Of a stretch of DNA of 64,000 nucleotides, positions 60,953 to 64,000 are shown piece by piece. The notes under the pieces were generated by a model. It had not been told where the DNA came from and searched no databases. It saw only the letters and a program-made list of their open reading frames with translations. Within the stretch, counting starts at the first letter, position 1; each line of letters opens with the position of its first letter. The position numbers and the translations under genes are program-made. This DNA comes from Octopus bimaculoides (lineage: Eukaryota). The stretch lies in the NCBI RefSeq assembly GCF_001194135.2, contig NC_068990.1:34147862-34211861 (forward strand). The letters are read 5' to 3'.

Positions 60953-61590
60953 CCTGTGTATGTACAGCTATGCTGCATGGCAGTGAATTATGGGCTATGA
61001 CTACAGAAAACATGCAAAGGTTTGAAAGAAATGAAGCCAGCATGCTCTGCTGAATGGGTAATGTCAGTGTGCATGTACAACAAAGTGTAAATGGTTTAGG
61101 AGTAAAATTGGGTATTAGGGGCAGCAATTGTAGTGTGTAAGAGAGAAGACTGTGCTGGTATGGTTATGTAATGCAAATAGATGAAGACAGCTACATAAAG
61201 AAGTGCTGGCCTCTAATTGTGGGGGGAACCTGTGGAAGGGCTATACCCAGGAAGATGTGTGACGAAGTGATGAGAAAAGATCTTCAGCTTGGGGCCTCAC
61301 AGAGGAGATGACAAGGGATCAAGACCTCTGGTGGTTTGCTATCCTTGAGAAGGCATGTCAAGCTAAATAAAACTATGGCTATCCAGACATACAGGCATGT
61401 TGTCTACATCCCTCTCATCCAAGAGGTCTCAGTCCTGAGGGCTGACAGGTGCTGGTGCCATGCAAAAGCACTCATATCAGTGTCATGTAAAAGCATCTGT
61501 GTCTGTGACATTTAAAAGCACCAGCTTTTGTCAAACTGTCCAACCCATGCCAGCTTGGGAAACAGACATTAAACGATGGTAATGGGGATG
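60953..61590 (+). mobile_element. RTE LINE 3' end with 3' UTR
   Basis: AMLHGSELWAMT..ERNEASML..RRLCWYGYVMQIDEDSYIKKC..GTCGR..RK..EEMTRDQDLW; the UTR has GTGCCATG.AAAAGCAC repeats and a CCAACCCATGCCAGC..GACATTAAACGATG tail. Confidence 0.88.
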
Positions 61591-62849
61591 ATAAATATAT
61601 ACATTCTTTTATTTTTTCCTTTTTCACACTTTAGTCTGTTTTGCCATTCTTGCCTTTCCTAAACTAACCAGACATTAAAAGATGATGATGATGATGATGA
61701 TGATGGTGTGTGTGAGTGTAATATGATATATTATATCACCATCATCATCATTTAATGTCCATCTTCCACGCTGAAGCTCCACTGTCTATTTTGGCATGGA
61801 TTTTATAGCTGGATGCCCTTCCTAATGCTAACCATTTTACAGAGTGGAGTGGGAGCTTTTTACATGACACCACTACCAGAAAGCTCCAGGGTCTGCTTTG
61901 AAATGGTTTCTATGACTGGATGCCCTTCCTACCACCAACCACTTTACAACATGCATTAGGAGTTTTTTCATGCTAGCTTGAAGGATTACAATCTCAGAGA
62001 GAAATAGATTCAATTGTATGCTAGGGGACAAGTGGTTCAAGTATCAGGGGAGGGTGGGAGCAGAGCAGTTTCTTATAGAAGAGGTGCATGGTTAGACACA
62101 TTTAGCAAGGGATGACGAGAATAATCAGAAAGAGCAGCGAAGAATAGTGCAGATGAGGCGTCTCAGTAGCCCGATAAGGCACAAGGGGAGGGTTGAGGTT
62201 TGGAAGATTTTATTGGGAGTAGGAGATGAGAAAGTGGGGATGTAACCTGAAACTGCAAAAACAAAACTTGGTTAGAGTTGACAGGTGATGCCTGATGAGT
62301 CATGGGTTGGGGAAGATAAGAAATACAAGAGAGTAGTAGGTGGGGAGAGGAAGAAAACAGTAATGATACAGTTGACAGGGGAGAACAAAAGTGAGAGATA
62401 ATGTTGGGTAGGCTGCAGGAGCAGAAGTGGAGAGAAGTAGGCATAGAGCATAAGAGGTACTTTGGTTCAGTGAGGAGGGAGGTGAATCAGTATAACATGT
62501 GGGTAGACAGCACAACATACATAGTACTTACAGAACTCAGTTTTGCTGAGCTGAGCAGGTCCCCTCAAGACACTTATATCACCAGATATCTCAGTCCTTA
62601 GTCATCGTTTTCATGGAGTTCAACATCTTTGGATAGGTCCTCACCACTTCAACCCACATCATCCTGGGTTACCTCACTTCCACAAGGCTCAATCCAATTT
62701 AAGTGATTGGTACTTCTTTGTACAGCTATCATCATATACACACATCACATGATCAAACCATGATCATATATATATATGGACATATACATATGTATTTATG
62801 TGTGTGCATATATACACTTATGTACACATAAATATATATATATGTACAC

Positions 62850-62888
<39 letters not shown>

Positions 62889-63201
62889 NNNNNNNNNNNN
62901 NNNNNNNNNNNNNNNNNNNNNNNNNNNNNNNNNNNNNNNNNNNNNNNNNNNNNNNNNNNNNNNNNNNNNNNNNNNNNNNNNNNNNNNNNNNNNNNNNNNN
63001 NNNNNNNNNNNNNNNNNNNNNNNNNNNNNNNNNNNNNNNNNNNNNNNNNNNNNNNNNNNNNNNNNNNNNNNNNNNNNNNNNNNNNNNNNNNNNNNNNNNN
63101 NNNNNNNNNNNNNNNNNNNNNNNNNNNNNNNNNNNNNNNNNNNNNNNNNNNNNNNNNNNNNNNNNNNNNNNNNNNNNNNNNNNNNNNNNNNNNNNNNNNN
63201 N

Positions 63202-63245
<44 letters not shown>

Positions 63246-63709
63246 TGATAGATAGATATACTTACATTTATACATGCATACACATACACAATATATCTTT
63301 ATATATAGAAACACATGTACGGGACTATGCTCATGTTTCCAGACAATATGCCTGTTCTTTTTCTTAAAGCCAAGTCAATTTGGAGGATTCTTGAATCCCG
63401 AGATTATCTCCCCTTTTCAAGTAGAACTGATCCTAATTGCCATTTGATGATTATGATACATCCTCTAGCGGTGGAAATAACATCAATAAATCAAGAATTT
63501 TTGTTGTATGGTATTTGACATACCAGCATTTGTCTATGTTATTCCAATGCATGGCACTTGACACTCTGAGTTATTTCTCTTATCTCCTTTTTTGCTTAAA
63601 TAACGCCAATTACCTAGGCCTCATCTGTTTCCTATTCTCTTTTGTGTACATCTAAGTCCTTCAGCTACTGGATATTAGGTCAGGCAATTATCACACTGAT
63701 GAAGGCTAC

Positions 63710-64000
63710 TTGTTGTTGTTGGCACTCTGTCGCTTACGACGTTGAGGGTTCCAGTTGATCCGATCAACGGAACAGCCTGCTCGTGAAATTAACGTGCAAG
63801 TGGCTGAGCGCTCCACAAACACGGGCACCCTCTTGGGGATATTCAGCGTGACACAGTGTGACAAGGCTGACCCTTTGAATTACAGGCACAACAGAAACAG
63901 GAAGTAAGAGTGAGAGTAAGCTGTGGTGAAAGAGTACAGCAGGGTTCGCCACTATCCCCTGCCGGAGCCTCGTGGAGCTTTTAGGTGTTTTCGCTCAATA
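63710..64000 (-). mobile_element. SINE D running off the window end
   Basis: Highly similar to 50560-50850; (CAA)n tail on the minus strand. Confidence 0.92.

Overview
This is AT-rich eukaryotic DNA from a gapped draft assembly. The repeat content (tRNA-derived SINE families, RTE LINE tails ending in (ATG)n, dense TA/CA microsatellites beside N gaps) looks like a coleoid cephalopod, probably Octopus; that assignment is an inference from remembered repeat sequences, not a database hit. Most of the window is decayed transposable elements: two tandem Tx1/L1-clade LINEs, several RTE LINE pieces, CR1/L2-group and R4-like remnants, Penelope-like elements (Neptune-like and Naiad-like RT), a mariner transposase split by a SINE, hAT, Tc2/pogo, mariner and foldback MITEs, Helitrons and a Helentron-type element. 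SINE labels A, B, D, E and F are my own working names. I found no intact, nameable host protein-coding gene, rRNA, functional tRNA or CRISPR array. The best host-gene signal is a repeat-poor stretch at about 29.9-30.8 kb with a perfect RFX X-box and two divergent candidate first exons. The most interesting observations are: an ORF1-only (HAL1-like) Tx1 element in tandem with a second Tx1 family; both Tx1 3' ends matching the tail of SINE B, which also tends to insert into its own head; a Helitron family carrying an RTE tail; and a foldback element with Transib/RSS-heptamer-like ends. Coordinates of decayed elements are approximate unless a TSD or TIR is quoted.
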